Shown here in pieces: positions 1 to 7,208 of a stretch of 31,763 nucleotides of DNA. The stretch's first letter is position 1, and each line of letters opens with the position of its first letter. The stretch is taken from contig SCQK01000015.1 of the NCBI GenBank assembly GCA_004321885.1, positions 1 to 31,763 of the forward strand, written 5' to 3'. The translations under genes were made by a program, and so were the position numbers. The DNA comes from Patescibacteria group bacterium. Its GTDB lineage: Bacteria > Patescibacteriota > Patescibacteriia > Magasanikbacterales > GWA2-37-8. The notes under the pieces are model-generated. The model worked only from the letters and a program-made list of their open reading frames with translations, had not been told where the DNA came from and did no database searches.

Positions 1-1
1 T

Positions 2-1600
2 ACCGAGGGCGGTAGCTGTGTCCAGCCCGGAAACCTGTGTCTGACAGGCCTTTCGTGCCTGTCCGGGTTCTGTGTGAAGCTCCCGCCCACCACCACGGAT
101 GGCGGGATCAAGATCGACGGCCCCAAGCCCGAGGCAGGAAAGACCCCCGGCACCGAGGGAGGCCTGTGCGTTCAGCCAGGCAATCTGTGCCTGTCGGGGC
201 TCAATTGCCTCTCGGGGTTCTGCGTGAAGCTCCCGGCCACGGCGGACAGCGGAGTCAAGACCGACACCGCCAAGACACCGGGGAGTGAGGGTGGGGCATG
301 TGTGAATGGCAATCAGTGCCTGTCTGGGCTGATCTGCCTGTCGCAGATCTGCGTCAAGGCGCCGTCCACGTGCAACACCGACGTGGATTGCAACGACAAC
401 AACGAGTGCACTGCTGACACGTGTGTGAACTTCGGCGGGACGTTCGGCAAGTTGTGTGTGACGTTCCCCGGAGACCCCTCGTGCCGACCATGCACCACGG
501 ACGCGGATTGCGGCGACAGCAACCCCGTCACGACCGACAAGTGCGTCGTCGCGAGCGGGAAGACCATGGGCAAGTGTCAGTACACGGCTTCCGGCGTGAC
601 GAAGTGCACGCCGGGCAACTCGCCCGTGGAGTGCGGCGACGGTATCGCCTGCACCACCGACAACTGCAATCAGGACGGGTCCTGCTCGCACACGTTTGGC
701 GCCAACTGCCCGTGCGCGAAGGACTCGGACTGTAATGATAAGAACTCTTGCACCAGCGACACCTGCAACACGGGGACCGGCAAGTGCGTCTTCACGCCTG
801 CCACGGGGTGCAAGGAGTGCATGAAGCTGGAGGACTGCGGCGGGGCTCTCTCCCGCGTGACTTCGCCCATTAGTTCGTCTGGCGCGGATTGCGCCGCGAA
901 CTCCTGCGTGAAGAACGTTGGGGACGTGGTGGGCAAGTGCGCCACCACGTTGCAGCCGGCGTGTGTGCCCTGCAACAGCCCCACCAACTGGCCCGCGTGT
1001 TCGTACTGGTCCTCGTGTTGGGTTTGCGACCCGACCGGAACCGGCAAGTACGAATGCGGGCCGGACCCAAAGGTGGCCGGGTGCCCGACTGGCCTGCCCT
1101 GGCCCCCGCCTGCCCAGCCCCCGACCCCGTTGTGCTCGTCCAATGCGGACTGCAAGGACTACGCGGGCGGCACGTGCGCGACTGGCGGGTTCTGCGTCTA
1201 CACGCTCGGCGGAGGCAACTCCGTCATCAGCGTGAAGGTGCCGGCCGCCGGCAAGGTGCACCTGTGGGTTGCCAACAAGGAGCTCACGGGTGTCGGGAGC
1301 GCGGGCACGATTCTCAACTTCCAGGTCTCAAGCGCAGACCTTTGCGCCTGGGGCTTTGATGTAAATATTGAAGACGGGTCCAACAAGTGGTGGGGTTGCG
1401 ACCTGCCCAGCCAGTCGAAGTCGAGCACCGACCTTCGGCTGGGTGGCGTGGGGAGCAACTCAAACCTCCTCTGCGTCGGCACGGCAGCCGCTTGCGGACC
1501 AAGCAAGTGCTACCTGTTGACCAGCGACCCGACCGCGTGTGGCGGCAAGGGCGGCGAGGGCAATATCAAGTGCCCCAAGACCGCTCTCGGCTGCCCGTAG
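2..1600 (+). CDS. 5'-truncated, secreted cysteine-rich repeat protein. The reading frame is open from the window edge, so the ATG at 74 is internal. About 150-nt near-identical tandem repeats lie at roughly 2-370, followed by several 'C-x-x-D-x-D-C-x-D-x-N-x-C-T-x-D-x-C' modules resembling Myxococcales-type Cys-rich (disulfide) repeats.
   Basis: The frame is continuous from nt 2 (TEGGSCVQPGNLCLTGLSCLSGFCVKLP...), and the same about 50-aa unit recurs three times at the DNA level. The sequence is very Cys-rich with regularly spaced Cys and Asp. GC is visibly much higher (about 60-65%) than in the rest of the window. The stop is at 1598-1600. Confidence 0.7.
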   Translation, partial: TEGGSCVQPGNLCLTGLSCLSGFCVKLPPTTTDGGIKIDGPKPEAGKTPGTEGGLCVQPGNLCLSGLNCLSGFCVKLPATADSGVKTDTAKTPGSEGGACVNGNQCLSGLICLSQICVKAPSTCNTDVDCNDNNECTADTCVNFGGTFGKLCVTFPGDPSCRPCTTDADCGDSNPVTTDKCVVASGKTMGKCQYTASGVTKCTPGNSPVECGDGIACTTDNCNQDGSCSHTFGANCPCAKDSDCNDKNSCTSDTCNTGTGKCVFTPATGCKECMKLEDCGGALSRVTSPISSSGADCAANSCVKNVGDVVGKCATTLQPACVPCNSPTNWPACSYWSSCWVCDPTGTGKYECGPDPKVAGCPTGLPWPPPAQPPTPLCSSNADCKDYAGGTCATGGFCVYTLGGGNSVISVKVPAAGKVHLWVANKELTGVGSAGTILNFQVSSADLCAWGFDVNIEDGSNKWWGCDLPSQSKSSTDLRLGGVGSNSNLLCVGTAAACGPSKCYLLTSDPTACGGKGGEGNIKCPKTALGCP

Positions 1601-1682
1601 GTAGCTCATTCAATCCCATTCTCAACGCGACTGATGCATCGGTAGAATACGAAAGCATCGCGCGCAGAAAGTGAGGTGAATC

Positions 1683-1730
1683 GCCGAGCCCTTCTCTGTC
1701 CTAAAGAGAACGGCTCGGCAAGTATTTTTA
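1683..1730 (+). terminator. Candidate rho-independent terminator downstream of the Cys-rich protein gene.
   Basis: A nested hairpin is formed by gccgagcc...ggctcggc (8-bp stem) with an inner ttctct/agagaa stem. It is followed by a tatttttA T-run. Confidence 0.45.
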
Positions 1731-1755
1731 CGACATAAACAATACCCCCTCTGCG

Positions 1756-1943
1756 CTCCCCCTTATAAAGGGGGAGAAAAGCGGACGGCCGATGCTTGTG
1801 GAGTGAAAATATTGGCTGACCCCCCCCTCTCCCACCCCCCCTTAAAGTCCCCCTCGGGCAGGGGGACATAAAGAGGAAGTCGGCCGACAAAAAAACCACC
1901 TAACGCATACCCCCTCTTCTGTTCTCCCCCTAAAATGGGGAGA
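1756..1943. repeat. Three GC-rich 'CCCCC-(T/A-rich loop)-GGGGG' hairpin repeats (B-type elements) in the convergent intergenic region.
   Basis: Perfect 21-nt palindromes are seen at 1756-1776 (ctcccccttataaagggggag), 1847-1867 (gtccccctcgggcagggggac) and 1923-1943 (tctccccctaaaatggggaga). The same motif type recurs inside genes elsewhere in the window. Confidence 0.75.
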
Positions 1944-1980
1944 CAAGACGGGGCGTGTTCTCTCTCGGGTGGTTTTTTTG
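1888..1980. terminator. Bidirectional terminator-like inverted repeat between convergent genes.
   Basis: A 13-bp perfect inverted repeat (caaaaaaaccacc / ggtggtttttttg) lies at 1888-1900 and 1968-1980 and encloses one B-type hairpin. The A-run on one side and the T-run on the other would supply U-tracts for transcripts from either direction. Confidence 0.4.
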
Positions 1981-1982
1981 TT

Positions 1983-2342
1983 TTAAGCGGCCGGTTGTAA
2001 GCGCAAGTGCTCTTCTATTCTTTTGATTCGTTGTTCAAGCTTGTCAAAATCGCCGGATATAACACGAATGTCATCCTTGGCCATTTTAGCAATTTTTTGC
2101 ATTTCTGTTTTTAAATAGTCGAGGTCAGCTTTTATGTTACGTAGTTCTTCCTTGATTGCAGCAACATCAAGCGTCAATTCGTTAAAATCTTTTTTTGTAA
2201 CAAGTGTAGCGATTGAATCGTCAAATTCTTTTTTTGCGACCAATCCGCCGATTTTATCATTGAATTCCGTTTTAGTAACAGCGTTATCTTTTATAAAAGA
2301 TACTATTTCTAAAATATCGTCTAATTTTTTTTCGTTTTCCAT
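1983..2342 (-). CDS. Hypothetical coiled-coil protein with internal 'TKxEF...LV.KK.F' repeats.
   Basis: The 119-aa ORF is low-GC and Lys/Glu/Asp-rich with a heptad-like repeat pattern. It lies immediately downstream, on the same strand, of the small zinc-ribbon ORF. No family was recognised. Confidence 0.4.
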   Translation of the reverse strand: MENEKKLDDILEIVSFIKDNAVTKTEFNDKIGGLVAKKEFDDSIATLVTKKDFNELTLDVAAIKEELRNIKADLDYLKTEMQKIAKMAKDDIRVISGDFDKLEQRIKRIEEHLRLQPAA

Positions 2343-2352
2343 ACCCTTTTTG

Positions 2353-2541
2353 TTATTTAAGTAATGCGGCGATTTTCGTAATAATTTTTTTTCCGCACGT
2401 TTCGCAAAGATTAAAAGTATTCCACCAGTTATCTAAACCATTAACTTTAAGACCGCGGGCGTTGATTTCAACGCGAGACCAGTGACCACTGTTTTGTGAA
2501 TTTTGTTTTTTATTACACTTGTCGCAGATTGTGATAGTGGA
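2353..2541 (-). CDS. Small zinc-ribbon protein (C-x2-C ... C-x2-C). The start is taken at the internal Met; the ORF could extend to 2649.
   Basis: The translation is MSTITICDKCNKKQNSQ...NLCETCGKKIITKIAALLK. Two CxxC pairs are spaced about 34 aa apart. It sits 10 nt upstream of the coiled-coil ORF on the same strand. Confidence 0.3.
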   Translation of the reverse strand, partial: STITICDKCNKKQNSQNSGHWSRVEINARGLKVNGLDNWWNTFNLCETCGKKIITKIAALLK

Positions 2542-2631
2542 CATGCGATTGTTTTTTAATGAGTTGAGTGCACCACTTATTATATTGCTCTCTTTTATTG
2601 TTGTCAAATTTGGGGTATAATAGGGGGCGTT

Positions 2632-4053
2632 ATGAGCCAAACCACACAATCACGGGCGTATTATGGGGGGATTGCTTTATTTTTTTTGGCGGTCCTGATT
2701 TTCGCCCTGCCTTCGCAGATTTTTTTTCAAGCCGGCGTTTTGGGTATCATTATTTTTCTCGTCGTTATTTTTCTTTTCAATCTGCGGCTCGGTTTGTACG
2801 CCCTGGCCGCCACTTCTTTTTTTTATGGCTGGGAAGTTGTGCTGGCAAAATATTCTTGGGCCAAAAATATCGCTTATTTGTCTTCTGTTAACGCGCCTAT
2901 GGTGGATATTATCGCATTGGCGCTTTTGTTCGCGGTGGGCGTGGTCCTGGCGACCAGGCGATGGATTCAGGGTCAAGTCCGGAATGACAGATGGCTTAGG
3001 GCGTTAAAAATTCCGGCGATTCTTTACGCGATTTTTCTCGTTTCGGCGGCAGTTTCCGCATATTTCTTCGCCTACGATCACAATATAAATTCCAGCTTAA
3101 AATATTTGGCGCGACCAATGTTTTTTGCTTTCGTCGCGTTTTCGTTTTTGCCTGTTATTTTAATAGACAGTGAAAAAAAATTACTGACGGTTTTAAAAAT
3201 TTGGTTTTGCGTGGGAACGCTGACTGCGATTTTTGGCCTTGCATCGCTCGTCGTCGCGCCCCAGCAGGAATGGTTTCGCGTTACTCCGTTTAGTATCGGC
3301 GGTTTCGCGCCGCTGGGATACAATCACAATCTTATCGCCGAGGTGCTGGTGGCCATTATACCGCTGGGAATTTACTTGGCGGCGCGCGCGCGCCAGCAAG
3401 GCGCTCGGTGCAATTTTTTTGTGTACGCGATTGGAGTTTTGTTAATGCTTTTGGCCGAGTTTTTAACTTTGTCCCGCGCCGGTTGGGTGGCAATTTTCAG
3501 CCAGATAGCAATGACGCTGTTTTTGTTTCGTGGATATCTGCCAGTTTATGTGAGAGAAATTAAAGGCGAAATATTGGCCGCCGGTGTATTGGCGGTTGTC
3601 TTTATCACGCTGTATATGGGCGCATTTCTCACATCTTCAATTGTTTCCAATTCCAATTCTTCGCGCGTTTTTTCCACGAAGATTGTTTTGTTTTACGCGG
3701 CTCGCTCCCCGCTGTTTGGCTATGGACCGGGCATGTATATCAGGGTGCTGGGCGATACCTGGGATTGGTTTTCCGAGTACGGCGACCCCTTGGAAGCGCA
3801 TGGTTTTATGCAGAAAATTTTGCTGGAAGAAGGCCTGGTCGGCCTGACGCTGTTTTTGATTTTTGTATCTTATCTAATTTATTTTCTTTGGAAGCGGGCG
3901 GCGCGAACGCGCGATTTAATGCTTACCGCGACGGTGATTTCAGTTTTTGGAGCGATTATTTTTCAGGTGTTTAATACCTCGTACTTTAACAGCGTGATGT
4001 GGATGCCTATAGGGGTGGCGCTGGCGGCGACGGGGTTGAAGGGAAAGGATTGA
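2632..4053 (+). CDS. O-antigen ligase / Wzy_C-family polytopic membrane protein.
   Basis: The 473-aa protein is very hydrophobic with many predicted TM helices and carries a 'LTLSRAGWVAIF' Wzy_C-like motif in a central loop. It is followed by glycosyltransferase and radical SAM genes. Confidence 0.55.
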   Translation: MSQTTQSRAYYGGIALFFLAVLIFALPSQIFFQAGVLGIIIFLVVIFLFNLRLGLYALAATSFFYGWEVVLAKYSWAKNIAYLSSVNAPMVDIIALALLFAVGVVLATRRWIQGQVRNDRWLRALKIPAILYAIFLVSAAVSAYFFAYDHNINSSLKYLARPMFFAFVAFSFLPVILIDSEKKLLTVLKIWFCVGTLTAIFGLASLVVAPQQEWFRVTPFSIGGFAPLGYNHNLIAEVLVAIIPLGIYLAARARQQGARCNFFVYAIGVLLMLLAEFLTLSRAGWVAIFSQIAMTLFLFRGYLPVYVREIKGEILAAGVLAVVFITLYMGAFLTSSIVSNSNSSRVFSTKIVLFYAARSPLFGYGPGMYIRVLGDTWDWFSEYGDPLEAHGFMQKILLEEGLVGLTLFLIFVSYLIYFLWKRAARTRDLMLTATVISVFGAIIFQVFNTSYFNSVMWMPIGVALAATGLKGKD

Positions 4054-4054
4054 T

Positions 4055-5110
4055 ATGCGAATTTGCCATATTATTCCCAAATTGAGTTACGGCGGGGCCG
4101 AGCGGATGCTGGTGGATTTGATAAATAATTCCTCGCCAAATTTTGAACATTCGGTGATTGTTTTTTTTGATTACAATCCATTGGCCGCGGATTTGAAAGA
4201 GGGAACGTGTGTTGTTGTCGTGCCAAAAAAAGGCAAGTTGAGTTTGGGATTGGTTACCGATATTCGCGACGCGCTGAACGGCTTGAAGCCGGATATCGTG
4301 CACACGCATTTATTTGGCGGCGATTTGTGGGGCCGTTTGGCAGCCAAGCGGCTGGGCTTGCCGGTTGTTACAACCGAACACAATATCAATGTCAGCGAGG
4401 GTTGGTTGAAAAATGAATTACGGCATTGGTTGCGAAAAAAAAGTGATGCCTACGTTTCCTGCTCGGATTTTGTGCGCGGGTACATGGAGAAAAGATGCCA
4501 AATTAAAGGTGCGACAGTAATTAAAAATGGAATTGAATTGGAGCGATTTGTGCATGTTGAACAGAGAAGAATTGATCGCCCGATACAGCTTCTTGTTTTA
4601 GGTCGGCTCACGAAACAAAAAGGCCACGCCGTGGCTCTGCGAGCGCTGGCGAAATTGAAAAATATTGAGTGGCGTTTGAGTGTTTTGGGTGAGGGAGAGT
4701 TGGCAAGCGGTCTGCGAACAGAAGCGCGAGAGTTGGGAATAGGGGATAGGGTGGAATTTTTGCCGGCCACGCGCGAAATTTCCGGGGCGCTGGCGCAACA
4801 CGATATTTTGCTGATGCCGTCTTTGTGGGAAGGGCTGGGCGTGGCCGCGATGGAAGCCATGGCGGCCGGGCGGCTGGTGGTGGCATCAAGGGTGGGCGGG
4901 TTGCCGGAGTTAATTAAAGATGGGGAAACTGGATTATTGGCGCGACCAGGCGACGTGAACGACTGGGTTGAGAAATTGCGCTGGTGTTTTACGCATCCGG
5001 ATGATTGCGAACGTCTTGCCGCATCCGGTCGGGAGTACGCGCGAATGAATTTTGGCGTTGATAAAATGGTGAGAGAATATGAAAAAGTTTATCTGTCGCT
5101 TGCCAATTGA
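4055..5110 (+). CDS. Glycosyltransferase family 4 (GT-B fold).
   Basis: The N-terminus 'MRICHIIPKLSYGGAERMLVDL' is typical of GT4. An E-x7-E motif (EGLGVAAMEAMAAGRLVVASRVGGLPELI) is present. The gene starts 2 nt after the preceding stop. Confidence 0.8.
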   Translation: MRICHIIPKLSYGGAERMLVDLINNSSPNFEHSVIVFFDYNPLAADLKEGTCVVVVPKKGKLSLGLVTDIRDALNGLKPDIVHTHLFGGDLWGRLAAKRLGLPVVTTEHNINVSEGWLKNELRHWLRKKSDAYVSCSDFVRGYMEKRCQIKGATVIKNGIELERFVHVEQRRIDRPIQLLVLGRLTKQKGHAVALRALAKLKNIEWRLSVLGEGELASGLRTEARELGIGDRVEFLPATREISGALAQHDILLMPSLWEGLGVAAMEAMAAGRLVVASRVGGLPELIKDGETGLLARPGDVNDWVEKLRWCFTHPDDCERLAASGREYARMNFGVDKMVREYEKVYLSLAN

Positions 5111-6104
5111 CTGCGTGCTGGCGGTTACGTACAACTGCAACGCGCGGTGCGTGATGTGCGATATTTGGAAAATCAAAAATTTTTCCGAGCTGGCGCCTGA
5201 GCAATTTTTGAAACTGCCCGCCAGCTTGCGCGATGTGAATATCTCCGGCGGCGAGCCGTTTTTGCGGCGCGACTTGCCCCAGATAATTCACAATGTAAAA
5301 AAAGCGTGCCCGGCCGCGCGGCTCGTGATTTCCACAAACGGCTTCGCGACTGGTTTGATTCTGGCGCAGATGCGAAAAATTTTTGAAATAAAACCCAATA
5401 TCGGCATTGCGATTTCCATAGACGGAATAGGGGAGAAGCACGACGAGATGCGCGGCATACGGGGCGGGTTTAATATGGCCATGAAAACCCTTGAAGGGCT
5501 AAAGAGAATGGGCATGAAAAATTTGCGGCTGGGTTTTACGGTGACAGAGAGAAATATCAACGAGTTGGGGCGCGTGTATAATTTGGCGCGCAAAGAAGGC
5601 GTGGAGTTCACCAACAGCTTTGCCCAGAGTTCGGATATTTATTTTGGGGGGAAACAGAATACGGATTTTAAGGATATGGATTCCGGCTCGGGGGCCGGAA
5701 TGACAAAAGAGGTCCTACGCGCGCAATACCGACATCTTATCAGGGCCGAGCTTTCCGGTTGGAATATAAAGCGCTGGGCGCGCGCCTACTACGCGCATGG
5801 GATGTACAATTTTATCACCGGCAAGCAGGCCGAGCTTTCCAGCGCGCCCGGGCGCGACTTTTTCTTTTTGGACCCGTCGGGCGAAATTTATCCCTCGGTG
5901 GTGCATAATTTTAGGATGGGGAATATTCGGGCGGTTCAGGGGTTTGAACAATTTTGGTGTTCAAGCGCCAGCGAGGGTGTGCGGGAAAAAATAGACGCGG
6001 CCAAACTGCCGGTTTGGATGATATGCACCGCGCGCACAGCCATAAAAAAGCACCCCTTCAAAGTGGGGTGGTGGGTTTTGAAAAATAAATTCAGCGTCCG
6101 GTAA
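5079..6104 (+). CDS. Radical SAM domain protein.
   Basis: A CxxxCxxC cluster (CNARCVMCDIW) lies near the N-terminus, and a 'NISGGEPFLRRDL' SAM/Gly-rich motif is present. The 5' end overlaps the glycosyltransferase gene, suggesting an operon. Confidence 0.7.
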   Translation: MKKFICRLPIDCVLAVTYNCNARCVMCDIWKIKNFSELAPEQFLKLPASLRDVNISGGEPFLRRDLPQIIHNVKKACPAARLVISTNGFATGLILAQMRKIFEIKPNIGIAISIDGIGEKHDEMRGIRGGFNMAMKTLEGLKRMGMKNLRLGFTVTERNINELGRVYNLARKEGVEFTNSFAQSSDIYFGGKQNTDFKDMDSGSGAGMTKEVLRAQYRHLIRAELSGWNIKRWARAYYAHGMYNFITGKQAELSSAPGRDFFFLDPSGEIYPSVVHNFRMGNIRAVQGFEQFWCSSASEGVREKIDAAKLPVWMICTARTAIKKHPFKVGWWVLKNKFSVR

Positions 6105-6987
6105 CAAGGCAAACCACAGGCCCGCCAAATTCCCAGCCCGCGGACAGCGCCTGGCGCAGACCCGCCACAGACAAAGCGCTGTTGGCCGAGATTTCAATTC
6201 CGGTCGTTTGCTTGAATAGCTTGATGGCCGACAATATCTCGGCATTCGTCGCTATCCATCCGGAGCCGTTGCTTTTTTTAATGGCGTTTACAACCGCTTC
6301 TTTGCGCCTGGCGATTCTATCCACAATCGCGCCGGCCAAACTAACCTCATCTTTTTTGGCGCTGTCTGGCAGGGGCAAACGTTTGGCCTCGGCCGCCGAG
6401 GCGATAGGGTGGCAGGTGGATGTTTGCACGATATGTATTTGCGGGCAAGCGCCGATTTTTTTGAAGCCTTCGTACAGTCCCTGGGCCGCGGCGCCGCTGG
6501 AAGTGGGCACAAAAATAGCGGACAGATTTTTGACCGCGCTTAATTCCTTGGCCAATTCAAAATAGCCGCTGAGCGCCGAGTCGTCGGTGGACTGGCGCAA
6601 GAGTTTGGCAGTGCCGGCCTTGTCGGCCTGGAAGGCGGACTGGCGCGGATTTTTTACCTGGCGCAGTTCAATATTTGGGCCGGCTAAATCCGTCAGTATT
6701 TTCATTTTCGCCCTATCTATTTTTTCTCCGATAAAGATTTTTAATTTTATCGGTTGCGAGTTGTGATTTTTAATGTGATAAGCCGCGGCCAGCGCCGCGT
6801 TGCCCGACGAAGAAATCACAAAATCCAACCAGCCTTCTTTGGCGTGTTTCTCTATCATCAACGGAATAGAGCGTCCCTTGTGCGAGCCATAGGGGTGCAA
6901 GTCTTCACGTTTCAAGTAAAGCTCTGTTGGCAGTCCCAAGGCCTCTGCCAACCGGCTTGCCTTGATTTGCGGAGTGGGTCTTGTCAC
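6091..6987 (-). CDS. PLP-dependent enzyme, fold type II (threonine synthase / threonine dehydratase / cysteine synthase superfamily).
   Basis: An 'LKREDLHPYGSHKGR' motif (S-x-K-x-R PLP-lysine motif) and a Gly-rich loop 'VPTSSGAAAQG' are present. The protein is 298 aa. Confidence 0.55.
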   Translation of the reverse strand: MTRPTPQIKASRLAEALGLPTELYLKREDLHPYGSHKGRSIPLMIEKHAKEGWLDFVISSSGNAALAAAYHIKNHNSQPIKLKIFIGEKIDRAKMKILTDLAGPNIELRQVKNPRQSAFQADKAGTAKLLRQSTDDSALSGYFELAKELSAVKNLSAIFVPTSSGAAAQGLYEGFKKIGACPQIHIVQTSTCHPIASAAEAKRLPLPDSAKKDEVSLAGAIVDRIARRKEAVVNAIKKSNGSGWIATNAEILSAIKLFKQTTGIEISANSALSVAGLRQALSAGWEFGGPVVCLVTGR

Positions 6988-7009
6988 AGGTGGAAAAATA
7001 TTGTATAAT
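6981..7009 (+). promoter_or_regulatory. Near-consensus sigma70-type promoter (TTGTCA-17 nt-TATAAT) reading into the small zinc-ribbon gene.
   Basis: TTGTCA is at 6981-6986 and TATAAT at 7004-7009 with a 17-nt spacer. An AAGGGG Shine-Dalgarno-like element lies about 20 nt upstream of the ATG at 7044. Confidence 0.5.
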
Positions 7010-7043
7010 GCTTTTTATAAAAGGGGAATAACAGGCGATTTTT

Positions 7044-7208
7044 ATGAAACTAATTTGTCCGGAGTGCAAAAACGACGTGGATTTGACGGCCTATCCCAAT
7101 ATGGCCGCGGGCAATGTCATAGAGTGCAATGTTTGCGGGATTACCCTCATGGTGAAAGACATGGACGGGGAAAATGTTATTGTTGAGGTGGTTGACGAGG
7201 GGAAATAA
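7044..7208 (+). CDS. Small LysW-like zinc-ribbon protein (54 aa). It is shorter than the 60-aa cut-off and so absent from the ORF track.
   Basis: The translation is MKLICPECKNDVDLTAYPNMAAGNVIECNVCGITLMVKDMDGENVIVEVVDEGK. The CPEC...(17)...ECNVCG spacing and the 'L-V-D' acidic C-terminal half resemble the LysW/ArgW amino-group carrier fold. The canonical EDWGE C-terminal tail is absent, as the protein ends in -DEGK. Confidence 0.4.
   Translation: MKLICPECKNDVDLTAYPNMAAGNVIECNVCGITLMVKDMDGENVIVEVVDEGK

Noticed and set aside
37-1506. Multiple 60-160-aa ORFs in alternative frames and on the minus strand overlapping the Cys-rich gene (37-288, 313-573, 421-735, 670-1155, 889-1359, 918-1235, 1198-1506 and others)
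   Set aside because: These are typical high-GC artefacts: Arg/Pro/Ala-rich, stop-poor alternative frames. The frame carrying the periodic Cys-rich repeat is clearly the real one.
1606-1899. 97-aa minus-strand ORF spanning the GC-rich hairpin cluster
   Set aside because: It lies entirely within palindromic repeats (1683-1867). The palindromes read as Pro/Gly-rich on both strands, there is no start context, and it is the convergent terminator region of two genes.
2603-2621. TTGTCA ... TATAAT pair upstream of the O-antigen-ligase-like gene
   Set aside because: The spacer between the hexamers is only 7 nt, and the TATAAT is 10 nt from the ATG. It is not a functional sigma70 geometry and is most likely a chance match in AT-rich DNA.
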